Source: Candidatus Poribacteria bacterium (GTDB taxonomy: Bacteria; Poribacteria; WGA-4E; WGA-3G). From it: DNA of 64,000 bases. The notes beneath the pieces were generated by a model. That model made no database searches. It saw only the letters and a list, made by a program, of their open reading frames with translations, and was not told the origin of the DNA. The DNA lies in contig JAJEIE010000024.1 of assembly GCA_022827625.1 (NCBI GenBank), positions 40,227 through 104,226 on the forward strand, in the 5' to 3' direction. Positions 27,131 through 37,005 of the stretch are shown here, piece by piece (within the stretch, counting starts at the first letter, position 1; the number at the start of each line of letters is the position of its first letter). The position numbers were made by a program, and so were the translations under genes.

Positions 27131-28096
27131 ATGAAGAAAGTTAACATCGCCCTAATCGGTGCCGGTGGTATGGCAAATGGCGTTCACTATCCATCCCTGA
27201 GCGAATGTGAGGATGTGAATCTCGTTGGATTGTGTGATTTAGTGCCTTCAAAACTTCAGGCGACAGCAGAACGCTTTGAGATTGAACAGACATTCACCGA
27301 CTATAAGCAGATGCTGGAAAAGACGAGTCCCGATGCGGTTTATGTCCTCATGCCCCCTCAGCACTTGTTTCCGCTTGTGATTCATTGTCTTTCCCAACAA
27401 CACCATGTCTTTATAGAAAAACCACCCGGTGTTACACTCCATCAGACGAAGGAGATGGCGCGCGCCGCCGAGAAAAACGGATGCAAGACAATGGTAGGCT
27501 TCAATCGCCGTTTCATTCCACTTTTGCAACAGGTCAAGTCGAGAGTTGAAGAACGCGGTCCAATTATCCAAGGCATGTCGACTTTTCATAAAAACTTCCC
27601 AGGAGCATTTTATTACGATGGGGTAATAGACGTTTTGACATGTGATGCAATTCATGCCGTTGATGCGCTTCGATGGATCGGTGGCGGCGAGGTGAAAGCG
27701 GTCGCAAGCGACATCAATAGTTTCTACTCCGAGCGCGAAAATAGTTTCAACGCAATCGTTAAATTTACGAGTGGTGCCTCTGGTTATCTTTGTACCAATT
27801 GGGCAGTTGGTGGACGTATTCATATATTTGAGATGCACGCACGGGAAATTTCTGCTTATATCAATCCCGATGCCGGTGGACACGCCGTGCTTCACACACC
27901 CGAAGGCATCACCGAAATCACGCCTGAGGAAGCAGCGGGTTCTGACGCAACGCATAGAGTTTACGGGTTTTATGGAGAGAGTCGGCACTTTGTGGATGCT
28001 ATTCTGCAAGACCGACAACCCGACACCTGCTTCGCGGATGCAGTCAAAACAATGGAGCTTGTGTCGGCTATCTATCGAAATCGGATAGACCCCTAA
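27131..28096 (+). CDS. Gfo/Idh/MocA family oxidoreductase
   Basis: N-terminal Rossmann motif VNIALIGAGGMANGVHYPSL, plus EKPPGVTL and the C-terminal alpha/beta domain. Confidence 0.8.
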   Translation: MKKVNIALIGAGGMANGVHYPSLSECEDVNLVGLCDLVPSKLQATAERFEIEQTFTDYKQMLEKTSPDAVYVLMPPQHLFPLVIHCLSQQHHVFIEKPPGVTLHQTKEMARAAEKNGCKTMVGFNRRFIPLLQQVKSRVEERGPIIQGMSTFHKNFPGAFYYDGVIDVLTCDAIHAVDALRWIGGGEVKAVASDINSFYSERENSFNAIVKFTSGASGYLCTNWAVGGRIHIFEMHAREISAYINPDAGGHAVLHTPEGITEITPEEAAGSDATHRVYGFYGESRHFVDAILQDRQPDTCFADAVKTMELVSAIYRNRIDP

Positions 28097-28250
28097 TGGT
28101 TTGTCATGTCAAAGTTGATGGGGGCAAAGGTCGCGAGCATGAAAAAACACCCAAGCAAAAACACTCGCTCCTACAGGTAGAGGTTTGGGAAAATAAATTG
28201 GCATGTTTCTTGCTATGCTTTAAGACAACGATCGTATTGAGACGAGGCTT

Positions 28251-29204
28251 ATGGATACGCAGCATATACCTGTTTTATGTGACAAGGTGATTGAGTTTCT
28301 CAAACCGAAAGCCGCCGGTATTTATGTAGATGGCACTGTTGGATTAGGTGGACATAGTTCCGCTATCCTGAACGCCTCTGCACCCAATGGACGTGTCATC
28401 GGAATTGATTTGGATCCTGAAGCCCTTGTTATTGCTAAGAGGAGGTTAAACGCCTTCGGCGACCGGTGCTGTTTCATTAACGGTAACTTCGCAGAAATGT
28501 CTGTTTTGCTTGAGGAACGCTCAATTTGTGCTGTAGATGGTGTCCTGCTTGACTTGGGGGTGTCATCGCTACAACTTGATACACCAGACCGCGGATTTAG
28601 TTTTAACCATACCGGTCCATTGGATATGCGTATGCGGACAGGACGCAAATTAGATGACAATCAAGAAGTTACCCCTACAGCGATGCAGGTCATCAATGAC
28701 AGTCCAAGGGACACCTTGGTTCATATTTTCAAGCGATATGGTGAAGAAAGGTTCGCGAGACGCATTGCTAACCGCATTGTTAAAGCACGGCAGCAGCTGC
28801 CTATAACGACAACGACGCATTTCGCAGAAATTGTCAAGGGTGCTGTTCCTCAAAAGACATCCAAGATTCATCCTGCAACCCGTGTGTTTCAGGCACTACG
28901 GATTCATGTTAATAGAGAGTTGGAGAATCTTGAAGCCGGTTTAGATGTCGCCATCTCACTTTTGAAGCCCGGCGGGCATCTGTGTGTTATTGCTTTTCAT
29001 TCGCTTGAGGATAGGATCGTCAAACGGCGATTTCAAAGGTGCGCGACCGCCTGTATTTGTCCGCCCAAAACCCCGGTCTGTATTTGTGACCATGAACCGT
29101 CTCTGCAGATTTTGACAAAACGTCCTATTGTGCCAGATGTGTCTGCAGTAGCGCATAATCCGCGAGCGAGGAGTGCTAAATTGCGGGCAGCGCGTAAATT
29201 ATAA
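28251..29204 (+). CDS. rsmH: 16S rRNA (cytosine1402-N4)-methyltransferase
   Basis: HIPVL, GTVGLGGHS, HSLEDRIVK and NPRARSAKLR motifs. It is the first gene of the dcw cluster. Confidence 0.92.
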   Translation: MDTQHIPVLCDKVIEFLKPKAAGIYVDGTVGLGGHSSAILNASAPNGRVIGIDLDPEALVIAKRRLNAFGDRCCFINGNFAEMSVLLEERSICAVDGVLLDLGVSSLQLDTPDRGFSFNHTGPLDMRMRTGRKLDDNQEVTPTAMQVINDSPRDTLVHIFKRYGEERFARRIANRIVKARQQLPITTTTHFAEIVKGAVPQKTSKIHPATRVFQALRIHVNRELENLEAGLDVAISLLKPGGHLCVIAFHSLEDRIVKRRFQRCATACICPPKTPVCICDHEPSLQILTKRPIVPDVSAVAHNPRARSAKLRAARKL

Positions 29205-29399
29205 TCTAAGGGTGTCAACAAAAGCGGACCAATTGGCATAATTGAGAAAAATGTACCTTAAATATGAAATTCAACGTTAAATAGACAGGAGGTTATCGCC
29301 CTTAACCAGATATAAGCGTAGGTGTGAAAGGATTGGAACATAAGGGACGGGACGGAACGTAATGTGCCTGTCCATAATTTGGACTGAGAAGCGGAATAG

Positions 29400-29723
29400 A
29401 TGCAGATATCAGATCAACATTCAGCGCGTATCACGAAACCTGAAGAAACGAAAACAAAAAAAGGATTTCCGTTGGTCTATACACTCTTGGTATTGTCCTT
29501 TTGTACTTTTGCCGGAAGTATCTGGTTTTCATCTTACGCCAAAAAAGTCGCTTTACAACGTCAACCTGTCTATGAAAGACAGAAACATCGCATTCAGGAT
29601 GAAATTTATCAACTTGAATTGGAAGAATCGACGTTAACCTCTGTTCAGAGAATTAGGAAGATCGCTACTGAACTTGGAATGGTTGAACCTACCGAGACCT
29701 CACAGATTATTTGGGACAAGTAA
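29400..29723 (+). CDS. ftsL: cell division protein FtsL-like
   Basis: 107 aa with one TM (LVYTLLVLSFCTFAGSIWF), a coiled coil, and C-terminal RIRKIATELGMVEP. It lies between rsmH and ftsI. Confidence 0.65.
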   Translation: MQISDQHSARITKPEETKTKKGFPLVYTLLVLSFCTFAGSIWFSSYAKKVALQRQPVYERQKHRIQDEIYQLELEESTLTSVQRIRKIATELGMVEPTETSQIIWDK

Positions 29724-29774
29724 TTTCGATTTCTCTCTTTCTTGAAAGGACCCGAAGCTATCTTGATTTAATAT

Positions 29775-31580
29775 ATGATAAACAAAAAGAATGACTCATA
29801 TTTATCTATACGTCGTCTTGTTTTTACATTTATTCTGATGCAGATCGGGTTTCTGTTGTTAGTGGGGAAACTATTCCAGATTCAGGTCTCTGGTGGTGAT
29901 TTACATCCCGAAGCGAATACGCGCGACTGGCTTTCTCCCCGTACAGCAGAAATAAAACGTGGAAAGATTCTTGATAGACACGGAAACGTTTTGGCACTCA
30001 GTCGCCATAGCTTGTCTGTTTATGCTGATCCAAAATATATGAAGATGGATCCACTCGCAGCTGCACAAAAATTAGCACCCGTTTTAGGGAGCCCCGAAGC
30101 GGAACTGCTTTCCCAACTCCGTCGAAAGGATAAGCGGTTTGTCTGGCTAAAGAAAGACCTTGATTACGGATGGCTGGATGAAATTCGCGCCATTGAGAAA
30201 GATATCCGCGGTATAAAATATGAAGTTGAACAGAAGCGTTCTTATCCGAAAGGTGAACTCGCCGCTCAAGTCATTGGTCATATTAACGACCAGAATATGG
30301 GTGAGGGCATTGAATATCAGTATAACAATTATCTACTGAACGCCCAGGCACGGCAAGCCGCCCATCGTGCAGCTTTGGCTCGCAACGAACCGATAAACTT
30401 ACTGACGGATGGCAACTCCACCAGTGATTACGGATACAGTGTCGTTTTGACACTTGACGAGTACATTCAATATGTCGCTGAAAAGGAGTTAGCCGCAGCT
30501 TGTCAGCAGTGGAACGCACCACGCGGGACAGTCATCGTCTTGGGATCAAAAACAGCGGAAATCTTGGCACTCGCAAGCTACCCATCTTACGACCTGAATA
30601 CCTACGCACATGCCGATGAAGAGGCGAAACGCAATATTGGGGTCTGGTTCGCGTATGAGCCTGGATCGATTTTTAAAATTATCGCGTCCTCTGCTGTCCT
30701 CAATGAACGGATCATGACATCTGCGTCGACGGTTTTTTGTGAGAATGGACGATATCGACTCTCGAACGGCAGAATTATTCGAGATGTTTCAGCGAAAGGG
30801 TGGCTAACCTTAGAAGAGGTCATACACAAATCCAGTAATATCGGGATGATTAAAATTGTGAAGCAGTTGGGGCATGAGAACTTCGCGACTTACATTGAGG
30901 ATTACGGCTTTGGAAAAACAACAGGCATTGATCTCCCCTATGAACACAGCGGGAGCCTTTTTGCAGTCAAGCGTTGGGATACCCATTCCCTCGGAGCTGT
31001 GCCTTTTGGACAAGGAATTATGGTGACACCCCTTCAGATGGTAAGCGCATTGAACGTCATTGCCAATGATGGTAAACTCCTCCGTCCATACATTACACGA
31101 GAAATTCGAGACAATAGTGGGGAAGTTATTAAAAAGATGTATCCGATTGAAGTTCGACAAGTGCTGCGCCCAGAAGTCGCAAGGCAAATGGCAGACATAC
31201 TCGTCGGGGTCGTTGAAGGTGGGAGCGGACGGCGCGCACGTGTTGAAGACTATAAGGTCGCAGGAAAGACAGGAACCGCACAAAAAGCGGAACCGAATGG
31301 CAAGGGATACCTCGGCAAAGAAGTTATGTCTTTTATGGGGTTCCTGCCGGCGGAGAACCCAGTGATTTCGATAATCGTCATGCTTGATGAACCTACAGGT
31401 GCACGCTTCAGTGGACAGATCGCAGGACCGCTCTTTCAAAAGGTTGCCACTCAAACGATACAATACTTAAAGCAAACTGAATTTTTCAGCCCTGAGATTC
31501 AAAAAACCTCCCAATACACGCCCGTTCTAACAGAAAAAGCACCAAAACAGAATCTCGCTGTGGAAGGAGGCGGGTTGTGA
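29775..31580 (+). CDS. ftsI: peptidoglycan D,D-transpeptidase (class B PBP)
   Basis: TM anchor, PBP dimerisation domain, and the motifs SxxK (GSIFKI), SxN (KSSNIG) and KTG (AGKTGTAQ). Confidence 0.9.
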   Translation: MINKKNDSYLSIRRLVFTFILMQIGFLLLVGKLFQIQVSGGDLHPEANTRDWLSPRTAEIKRGKILDRHGNVLALSRHSLSVYADPKYMKMDPLAAAQKLAPVLGSPEAELLSQLRRKDKRFVWLKKDLDYGWLDEIRAIEKDIRGIKYEVEQKRSYPKGELAAQVIGHINDQNMGEGIEYQYNNYLLNAQARQAAHRAALARNEPINLLTDGNSTSDYGYSVVLTLDEYIQYVAEKELAAACQQWNAPRGTVIVLGSKTAEILALASYPSYDLNTYAHADEEAKRNIGVWFAYEPGSIFKIIASSAVLNERIMTSASTVFCENGRYRLSNGRIIRDVSAKGWLTLEEVIHKSSNIGMIKIVKQLGHENFATYIEDYGFGKTTGIDLPYEHSGSLFAVKRWDTHSLGAVPFGQGIMVTPLQMVSALNVIANDGKLLRPYITREIRDNSGEVIKKMYPIEVRQVLRPEVARQMADILVGVVEGGSGRRARVEDYKVAGKTGTAQKAEPNGKGYLGKEVMSFMGFLPAENPVISIIVMLDEPTGARFSGQIAGPLFQKVATQTIQYLKQTEFFSPEIQKTSQYTPVLTEKAPKQNLAVEGGGL

Positions 31581-33061
31581 AGCTTCGCACGCTGCTCCAT
31601 GGATTAAATATTGTTACGACTACCGGACCGCTTGATCTGGATATTACCGGGATCGTTAGTGATAATCGAGAGGTCAAACTTGGTAATGCTTTTGTCTGCT
31701 ATCAAGGTATCAGTGTTGACAGCCACAGCTTCATCCCCGATGCGATTCAAAAGGGCGCAGTTATTGTTATTGGTGAAAAACCGATTGCCGAACTAACGGT
31801 ACCGACGCAGCAATTTACTTATGTCCAAGTCCCTAATGGACGACGCGCAATATCCTTGCTGGCTGCCAATTGGCACGAAAATCCCGCAAAGCAACTCAAA
31901 CTCATCGGCATTACAGGCACAAACGGTAAGACATCAACAGCACATCTCATATATGCGATACTCAAAGCGAGCGGACGAAAGGTGGCACTCATTGGAACTG
32001 TTGGACACCGATACACGAACGCCCGCGGCACTGAGAAACAACTACCGGCTTTTCTCACAACCCCTGATGCCTTCGCCCTCCATGCCCTCTTTAAGCAATT
32101 CGTTGAAGAAGGTGTCGAATACGTCACGATGGAAACCTCCTCGCAAGGATTGGCGCTGCAGCGACTCGCAGGACTGAGTTTCGATACAGCCGTCTTTACC
32201 AATTTTACACAGGACCATCTTGATTATCATCAAACAATGGAGGAATACCTCAAAGCGAAGCTAATGCTGTTTGAGCAGCTCGGGGATGACGGGGTCGCTG
32301 TTTTGAACGTTGATCTGCCTGTAACAAAGCGTTTCTGGCACGTTTGCGCCGATTTAAAACGTTTGATGTATGGGTTTAATCTGCAGGCAGATTTACGCCC
32401 CGGAGATGTTGAACTCTCTCGTAGCCGATTGGCGTTTACAGCATTTACGCCGTCTGGCAAGTTCCCAGTGGCGCTGCGATTGCTCGGTGAGTATAATATT
32501 TACAATGCGCTCGCTGCGATTGCTGTTGGTGTCCGTTATAATTGTTCTATTGCGGCGATTCAGGAAGGGCTCGCTGCTACTGTTGTACCGGGACGATTTG
32601 AACGCGTAGACCGCGGACAAGACTTTGCGGTTATCGTTGATTATGCACATACCCCCGACGGGTTGGAAAATATCCTGACTGCCGCGAAGCATATCACGGA
32701 ACGTCAACTGATTTCTGTCTTCGGCTGTGGTGGGGATCGCGATAACGGGAAACGCCCAAAAATGGGAAATATCTCAGCCCGCATCGCTGATTATAGCGTG
32801 ATTACTTCCGACAATCCGCGCACTGAAGACCCCGATGAAATCATCGCACAAATTGTGTCAAATTTGCCACATGACGCAAAATATGTGTGTATTTCGGAGA
32901 GGCGTGAAGCGATTCAGCACGCCATCGCGGCAGCAAAATCGGGGGATGTCATTGTGATTGCAGGTAAGGGACATGAAGATTATCAGGAAATTCACGGTGA
33001 AAGATTCCCGTTTGATGATAGGGTTGTGGCTGCAGACTTTTTGAGGATGATGTCTGAGTAA
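31577..33061 (+). CDS. murE: UDP-N-acetylmuramoyl-L-alanyl-D-glutamate--2,6-diaminopimelate ligase
   Basis: P-loop GITGTNGKTST and a DNPR motif (TSDNPRTEDP) typical of meso-DAP-adding enzymes. A GTGA overlap links it to ftsI. Confidence 0.92.
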   Translation: MKLRTLLHGLNIVTTTGPLDLDITGIVSDNREVKLGNAFVCYQGISVDSHSFIPDAIQKGAVIVIGEKPIAELTVPTQQFTYVQVPNGRRAISLLAANWHENPAKQLKLIGITGTNGKTSTAHLIYAILKASGRKVALIGTVGHRYTNARGTEKQLPAFLTTPDAFALHALFKQFVEEGVEYVTMETSSQGLALQRLAGLSFDTAVFTNFTQDHLDYHQTMEEYLKAKLMLFEQLGDDGVAVLNVDLPVTKRFWHVCADLKRLMYGFNLQADLRPGDVELSRSRLAFTAFTPSGKFPVALRLLGEYNIYNALAAIAVGVRYNCSIAAIQEGLAATVVPGRFERVDRGQDFAVIVDYAHTPDGLENILTAAKHITERQLISVFGCGGDRDNGKRPKMGNISARIADYSVITSDNPRTEDPDEIIAQIVSNLPHDAKYVCISERREAIQHAIAAAKSGDVIVIAGKGHEDYQEIHGERFPFDDRVVAADFLRMMSE

Positions 33062-33114
33062 TACCTCCGTTGTCGGCATTCATCTAAAATTTATTACAGA
33101 ACCTGCTTGGGGCT

Positions 33115-33921
33115 GTGAAAGGTTTCTTAATGATCCAGAATCTGCAAGGACAACGGACGCAGCAGCTCATACTTAATAATTTAAAAATTTCATATCAGGT
33201 CGCGGGGGATGGCGAGGTCGTTCTCCTCTTACACGGTTGGGGTGGCGCAGCGGCAAGTTTTCAGCCGGTTTTTGAATGGCTGGCGCAATCCCACAAAGTC
33301 TACGCACTGGATTTGCCCGGCTTCGGCGAAAGTCAGATACCTCCAACACCATGGAACACGTCCGACTATGCGCGGTGTGTCGCAGCTTTTTTAGATAAAT
33401 TTTGCATTCCAAAAGCGCACCTCATCGGACACTCTTTCGGCGGTAGAATTTCAATCATCCTCTCAGCCGAGTATCCTGAAAAAGTGGATAAACTGATCCT
33501 TGTTGATAGTGCTGGGATTAAGCCACCCCGAACTGCGAAATACTATTTTCGCGTCGGTATCGCAAAAATCGGTAGGTTATTGCGCCGGTCTGGAAAGTAT
33601 GGAAATCGCCTCGCAAATGCTGTGTCTCAGCGGACGGGGTCTAAGGACTATCGAGAGGCTGGCGATATGCGTGCTACGCTCGTGAAGGTTGTTAACCAAG
33701 ACCTACGTCCGCTCTTACCCCGAATTGTCGCATCTACGCTGTTAATCTGGGGTGAGAACGATAAAGATACGCCTGTGTCCTTCGGGCGGATTATGGAGAA
33801 AGAGATACCTGACGCTGGGTTGGTGGTCCTAAAAGAAGCGGGACACTTTTCATATCTTGATAAATTTCCGCAATTTTGCCGAATTGTAGCAAGTTTCTTG
33901 AAAATCGAAAACCCAATTTAA
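33115..33921 (+). CDS. alpha/beta-fold hydrolase
   Basis: HGWGGAAASF oxyanion region, nucleophile elbow GHSFGG, and a C-terminal GHFSY histidine region. The start could be ATG 33130. Confidence 0.8.
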   Translation: MKGFLMIQNLQGQRTQQLILNNLKISYQVAGDGEVVLLLHGWGGAAASFQPVFEWLAQSHKVYALDLPGFGESQIPPTPWNTSDYARCVAAFLDKFCIPKAHLIGHSFGGRISIILSAEYPEKVDKLILVDSAGIKPPRTAKYYFRVGIAKIGRLLRRSGKYGNRLANAVSQRTGSKDYREAGDMRATLVKVVNQDLRPLLPRIVASTLLIWGENDKDTPVSFGRIMEKEIPDAGLVVLKEAGHFSYLDKFPQFCRIVASFLKIENPI

Positions 33922-33931
33922 GAGTTAAAAA

Positions 33932-35605
33932 ATGGAAACAGTAAACACCACGCTTTTCTACTTCGCAACGTTAACTTGTGTAGCGAGAGCGGTCGTCAGA
34001 ACAGCACGAGGACTTCATATACTTCAACTCGACGGTTATAAAACAGGTCGATACCTGAAGTGGATAGGACAGCATCTGAAAAACTGCTTTGAGATCAGAG
34101 AGATCCTCATCGTCAGTGGCTTACTGATTCTTGCCGGCGTTATATCTCCACTGTATCCGCAGTATTACAGCGCTTGGTTTTTCCCCGGCGTATGTGTCGC
34201 TTGGAGTGGATTCCAAATTTATATGCTCACACGCCGAAAGCACGTTGAGGCGAAAAAGCCGCTCGTTTACACAGCACGGGCGAAACGCGTGTTTGGACTA
34301 TCAATCATTTTGCTTGTGGGTTTGGCAGTCGCGACTGTCTTCACAGTGAAGGGGAGTCCTTGGCGCGTCGCAGCCTTCCTGTTTAGTGAGGTGAGCGTGG
34401 TCAATTTAACGTTCGCGAATTTGCTTATCTATCCTTTGGAACGGACGATAAATGAGGCATATCTCTTTTCGGCAAGGAAGCGGATTAAAGCACTCAATCC
34501 CAAGGTCATTGGAATTACGGGGAGTTATGGCAAGACGAGTACGAAGTATATTTTGCATCGAATTTTGTCCGAAAAATTTAACACTTTAATGACCCCCGAT
34601 AGTTACAACACGCCCATGGGTATCTGCAAAGTCATTCGAGGGCAACTTGCCGCTGAACACGAGGTATTTGTCGTCGAAATGGGTGCCTATAAACGTGGCG
34701 ACATCCGCGAGTTGTGCAATTTAGCCGCACCCCAAATTGGCATTCTCACAGCCGTCGGTCCCCAACATTTGGAGCGGTTTAAAAGTGTGGAGAATATAGC
34801 CAAGACAAAATATGAGCTGATTGCGTCGCTGCCAGCCGGTGGACTCGCAGTTTTCAATTGCGACAACGAGATCTGTGCTGAACTTGCGAATAAACGGGAA
34901 CAGGGCGGTAATCCGGTGTTCCGCTATGCCACAGAACCATCTTCCAGCGTTGCGGCTTCTGAGCGTCCCCAGCTAACTGCCACCAACATTCGACACACCA
35001 ACGACGGACTCACGTTCACAGTGCATCCGTTTATTGATACGCAGGCGGCTACCGAAGTAGAGATTCGGACCCAACTTTTAGGTAGACATAACGTATCCAA
35101 TATTCTTGCCGCAATGGCAGTTGCAATGGCGTGTGGAATGACGCTTGAGGAAATTCGCGCAGCAGTTGCTAAGGTTGAACCTGTGCCACATCGTTTACAG
35201 TTGGCATCTGGTGCCGGGGGTGTCACGATCATTGACGATAGTTTCAATTCCAACCCTGTCGGTGCCGAGGCGGCGCTTGAAGTGCTCTCTGAGATCGGAG
35301 ACGGGAAAAAGGTCTTGGTGACGCCCGGTATGGTAGAACTCGGTGAGAAGGAGTATGAGGAAAATAAGAAACTTGGCGAACGTGCCGCTGATGTCTGTGA
35401 TCTCGTCATTTTAGTCGGACCTCTGCGGACGCTTCCAATTTTAGATGGCTTGAAAGCCGCCGCGTATCCGAGTCAACAGATCATTGTCGCACTCAACTTG
35501 GAAGAGGTCAAAAAACATTTAGCGACACAGGTGCAACCCGGGGATGTCGTTCTTTTTGAGAACGATCTGCCGGACAACTATAATGAAGAAAGAGCCGCCT
35601 CCTAA
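33932..35605 (+). CDS. murF: UDP-N-acetylmuramoyl-tripeptide--D-alanyl-D-alanine ligase with an N-terminal polytopic membrane region
   Basis: P-loop GITGSYGKTSTK at about aa 196, plus DDSFNSNP and PGMVELGE as in MurF. The first ~170 aa form 4-5 hydrophobic helices in place of the usual MurF domain 1. Confidence 0.8.
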   Translation: METVNTTLFYFATLTCVARAVVRTARGLHILQLDGYKTGRYLKWIGQHLKNCFEIREILIVSGLLILAGVISPLYPQYYSAWFFPGVCVAWSGFQIYMLTRRKHVEAKKPLVYTARAKRVFGLSIILLVGLAVATVFTVKGSPWRVAAFLFSEVSVVNLTFANLLIYPLERTINEAYLFSARKRIKALNPKVIGITGSYGKTSTKYILHRILSEKFNTLMTPDSYNTPMGICKVIRGQLAAEHEVFVVEMGAYKRGDIRELCNLAAPQIGILTAVGPQHLERFKSVENIAKTKYELIASLPAGGLAVFNCDNEICAELANKREQGGNPVFRYATEPSSSVAASERPQLTATNIRHTNDGLTFTVHPFIDTQAATEVEIRTQLLGRHNVSNILAAMAVAMACGMTLEEIRAAVAKVEPVPHRLQLASGAGGVTIIDDSFNSNPVGAEAALEVLSEIGDGKKVLVTPGMVELGEKEYEENKKLGERAADVCDLVILVGPLRTLPILDGLKAAAYPSQQIIVALNLEEVKKHLATQVQPGDVVLFENDLPDNYNEERAAS

Positions 35606-35761
35606 TATTGGTGTTTCAACCTCCGCTGAGTGCCACATGAACATTCAGCGTTGATTCTCTAAAATTAGTAAATATCCTTTAGTAATTCAGAACCGGTTGG
35701 AATTAACCAGAAACCACCGTGAAACATAGTGGAACGGTGACCAGATTTAATCGTTAAAAAT

Positions 35762-36967
35762 ATGTCAAAATACAATGTAGCCCTTATATTTGGTGGATGT
35801 ACACCTGAACACGAAGTCTCCATCGTAACCGCACATCAGGTTTCCCTCGCTTTACAAGAAAACCATCATGTCATCCCAATTTACGTCACAAAGAGCGGAG
35901 ACTGGTTAACAGGCGATGCCCTCGGCGATTTATCCGCTTTTACGGACGGAACGCTACCACATCCTTCCGATTTTGACAAAATTACTATCGAATTTCACCC
36001 TGAGCCAAAATTTGTCATTACCAGCAGACATTGGATCGGCAAGAACGTTCAGAAAAGGACGCGCCTTCCGATAGATATTGTCTTTCCAGCGATACACGGC
36101 ATGCATGGTGAGGATGGAACGCTCCAAGGGTTACTCGAACTGATGAACCTACCTTACGTCGGGGCAGGCGTTGTCGGTTCCGCTGTCGGTATGGATAAGA
36201 TTATGATGAAAGCGATTCTGAGTGAAAACGCGCTGCCAGTGCTTCCATATCTGTATTGGACGCGTCACGACTGGGATACCCGACGCGAGGTGGTTCTCGA
36301 AGAGGTGGCGGCGACGCTCTCCTATCCACTCTTTGTCAAGCCTGCAATGAGCGGGTCAAGCATCGGGGTCAGCCATGTTGAAAATCAAGCCGAACTCTGT
36401 GCGGCTGCCGAAGTCGCGGGACAGTACGCACGGAGGATCCTCGTCGAAAAAGCCGTTGAGAAACCGCTTGAAATCAATTGTGCTGTCATGGGACTTCATG
36501 AACCGATGCCATCTGTTTGCGAGCAGCCTGTCTCACAAGCCGATTTTCTGAGTTTCGATGATAAATATATTCATCAGGAGGGCGAAAATGCAGGAATGGC
36601 AGGTGCGGCGCGTAAAATTCCTGCACCTATTTCTGAAGAACTCACGTCACACATACAAGGTCTTGCTGCCCGCACTTTTCGGGTCTTGGATTGCGCAGGT
36701 GTCGCGCGTGTCGATTTTCTCGTGGATGCAGCGCATAACGTCTATGTGAATGAAATCAACACGATTCCTGGCTCCTATAGTTACTATCTGTGGAACCATC
36801 AGGATATTGAATTTCCAGAATTGGTATCCGAACTTATTGATCTGGCATTTAAGGCACATGCCCAGAAGAATGCGCTAACCTATACTTATACGACGAATCT
36901 CCTAAGCCAAGCCGGTGCGAGTCTCGCTAAGTTGAAAAACGGCGTGAAACTTGGGGGAACGACGTAA
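35762..36967 (+). CDS. ddl: D-alanine--D-alanine ligase
   Basis: EHEVSIVTA, HGMHGEDGTLQGLLELMNLPYVG, an ATP-grasp core, and NEINTIPG. Confidence 0.9.
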   Translation: MSKYNVALIFGGCTPEHEVSIVTAHQVSLALQENHHVIPIYVTKSGDWLTGDALGDLSAFTDGTLPHPSDFDKITIEFHPEPKFVITSRHWIGKNVQKRTRLPIDIVFPAIHGMHGEDGTLQGLLELMNLPYVGAGVVGSAVGMDKIMMKAILSENALPVLPYLYWTRHDWDTRREVVLEEVAATLSYPLFVKPAMSGSSIGVSHVENQAELCAAAEVAGQYARRILVEKAVEKPLEINCAVMGLHEPMPSVCEQPVSQADFLSFDDKYIHQEGENAGMAGAARKIPAPISEELTSHIQGLAARTFRVLDCAGVARVDFLVDAAHNVYVNEINTIPGSYSYYLWNHQDIEFPELVSELIDLAFKAHAQKNALTYTYTTNLLSQAGASLAKLKNGVKLGGTT

Positions 36968-37005
36968 TGTGCTGCTGGAAGCGTTATCGTTTTTTGTAGG
37001 GAAAT

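Noticed and set aside
28096-28290. 64-aa ORF upstream of rsmH considered as a possible mraZ.
   Set aside because: It has no resemblance to MraZ, which is about 150 aa with duplicated DxxxR motifs. It also overlaps the rsmH start.
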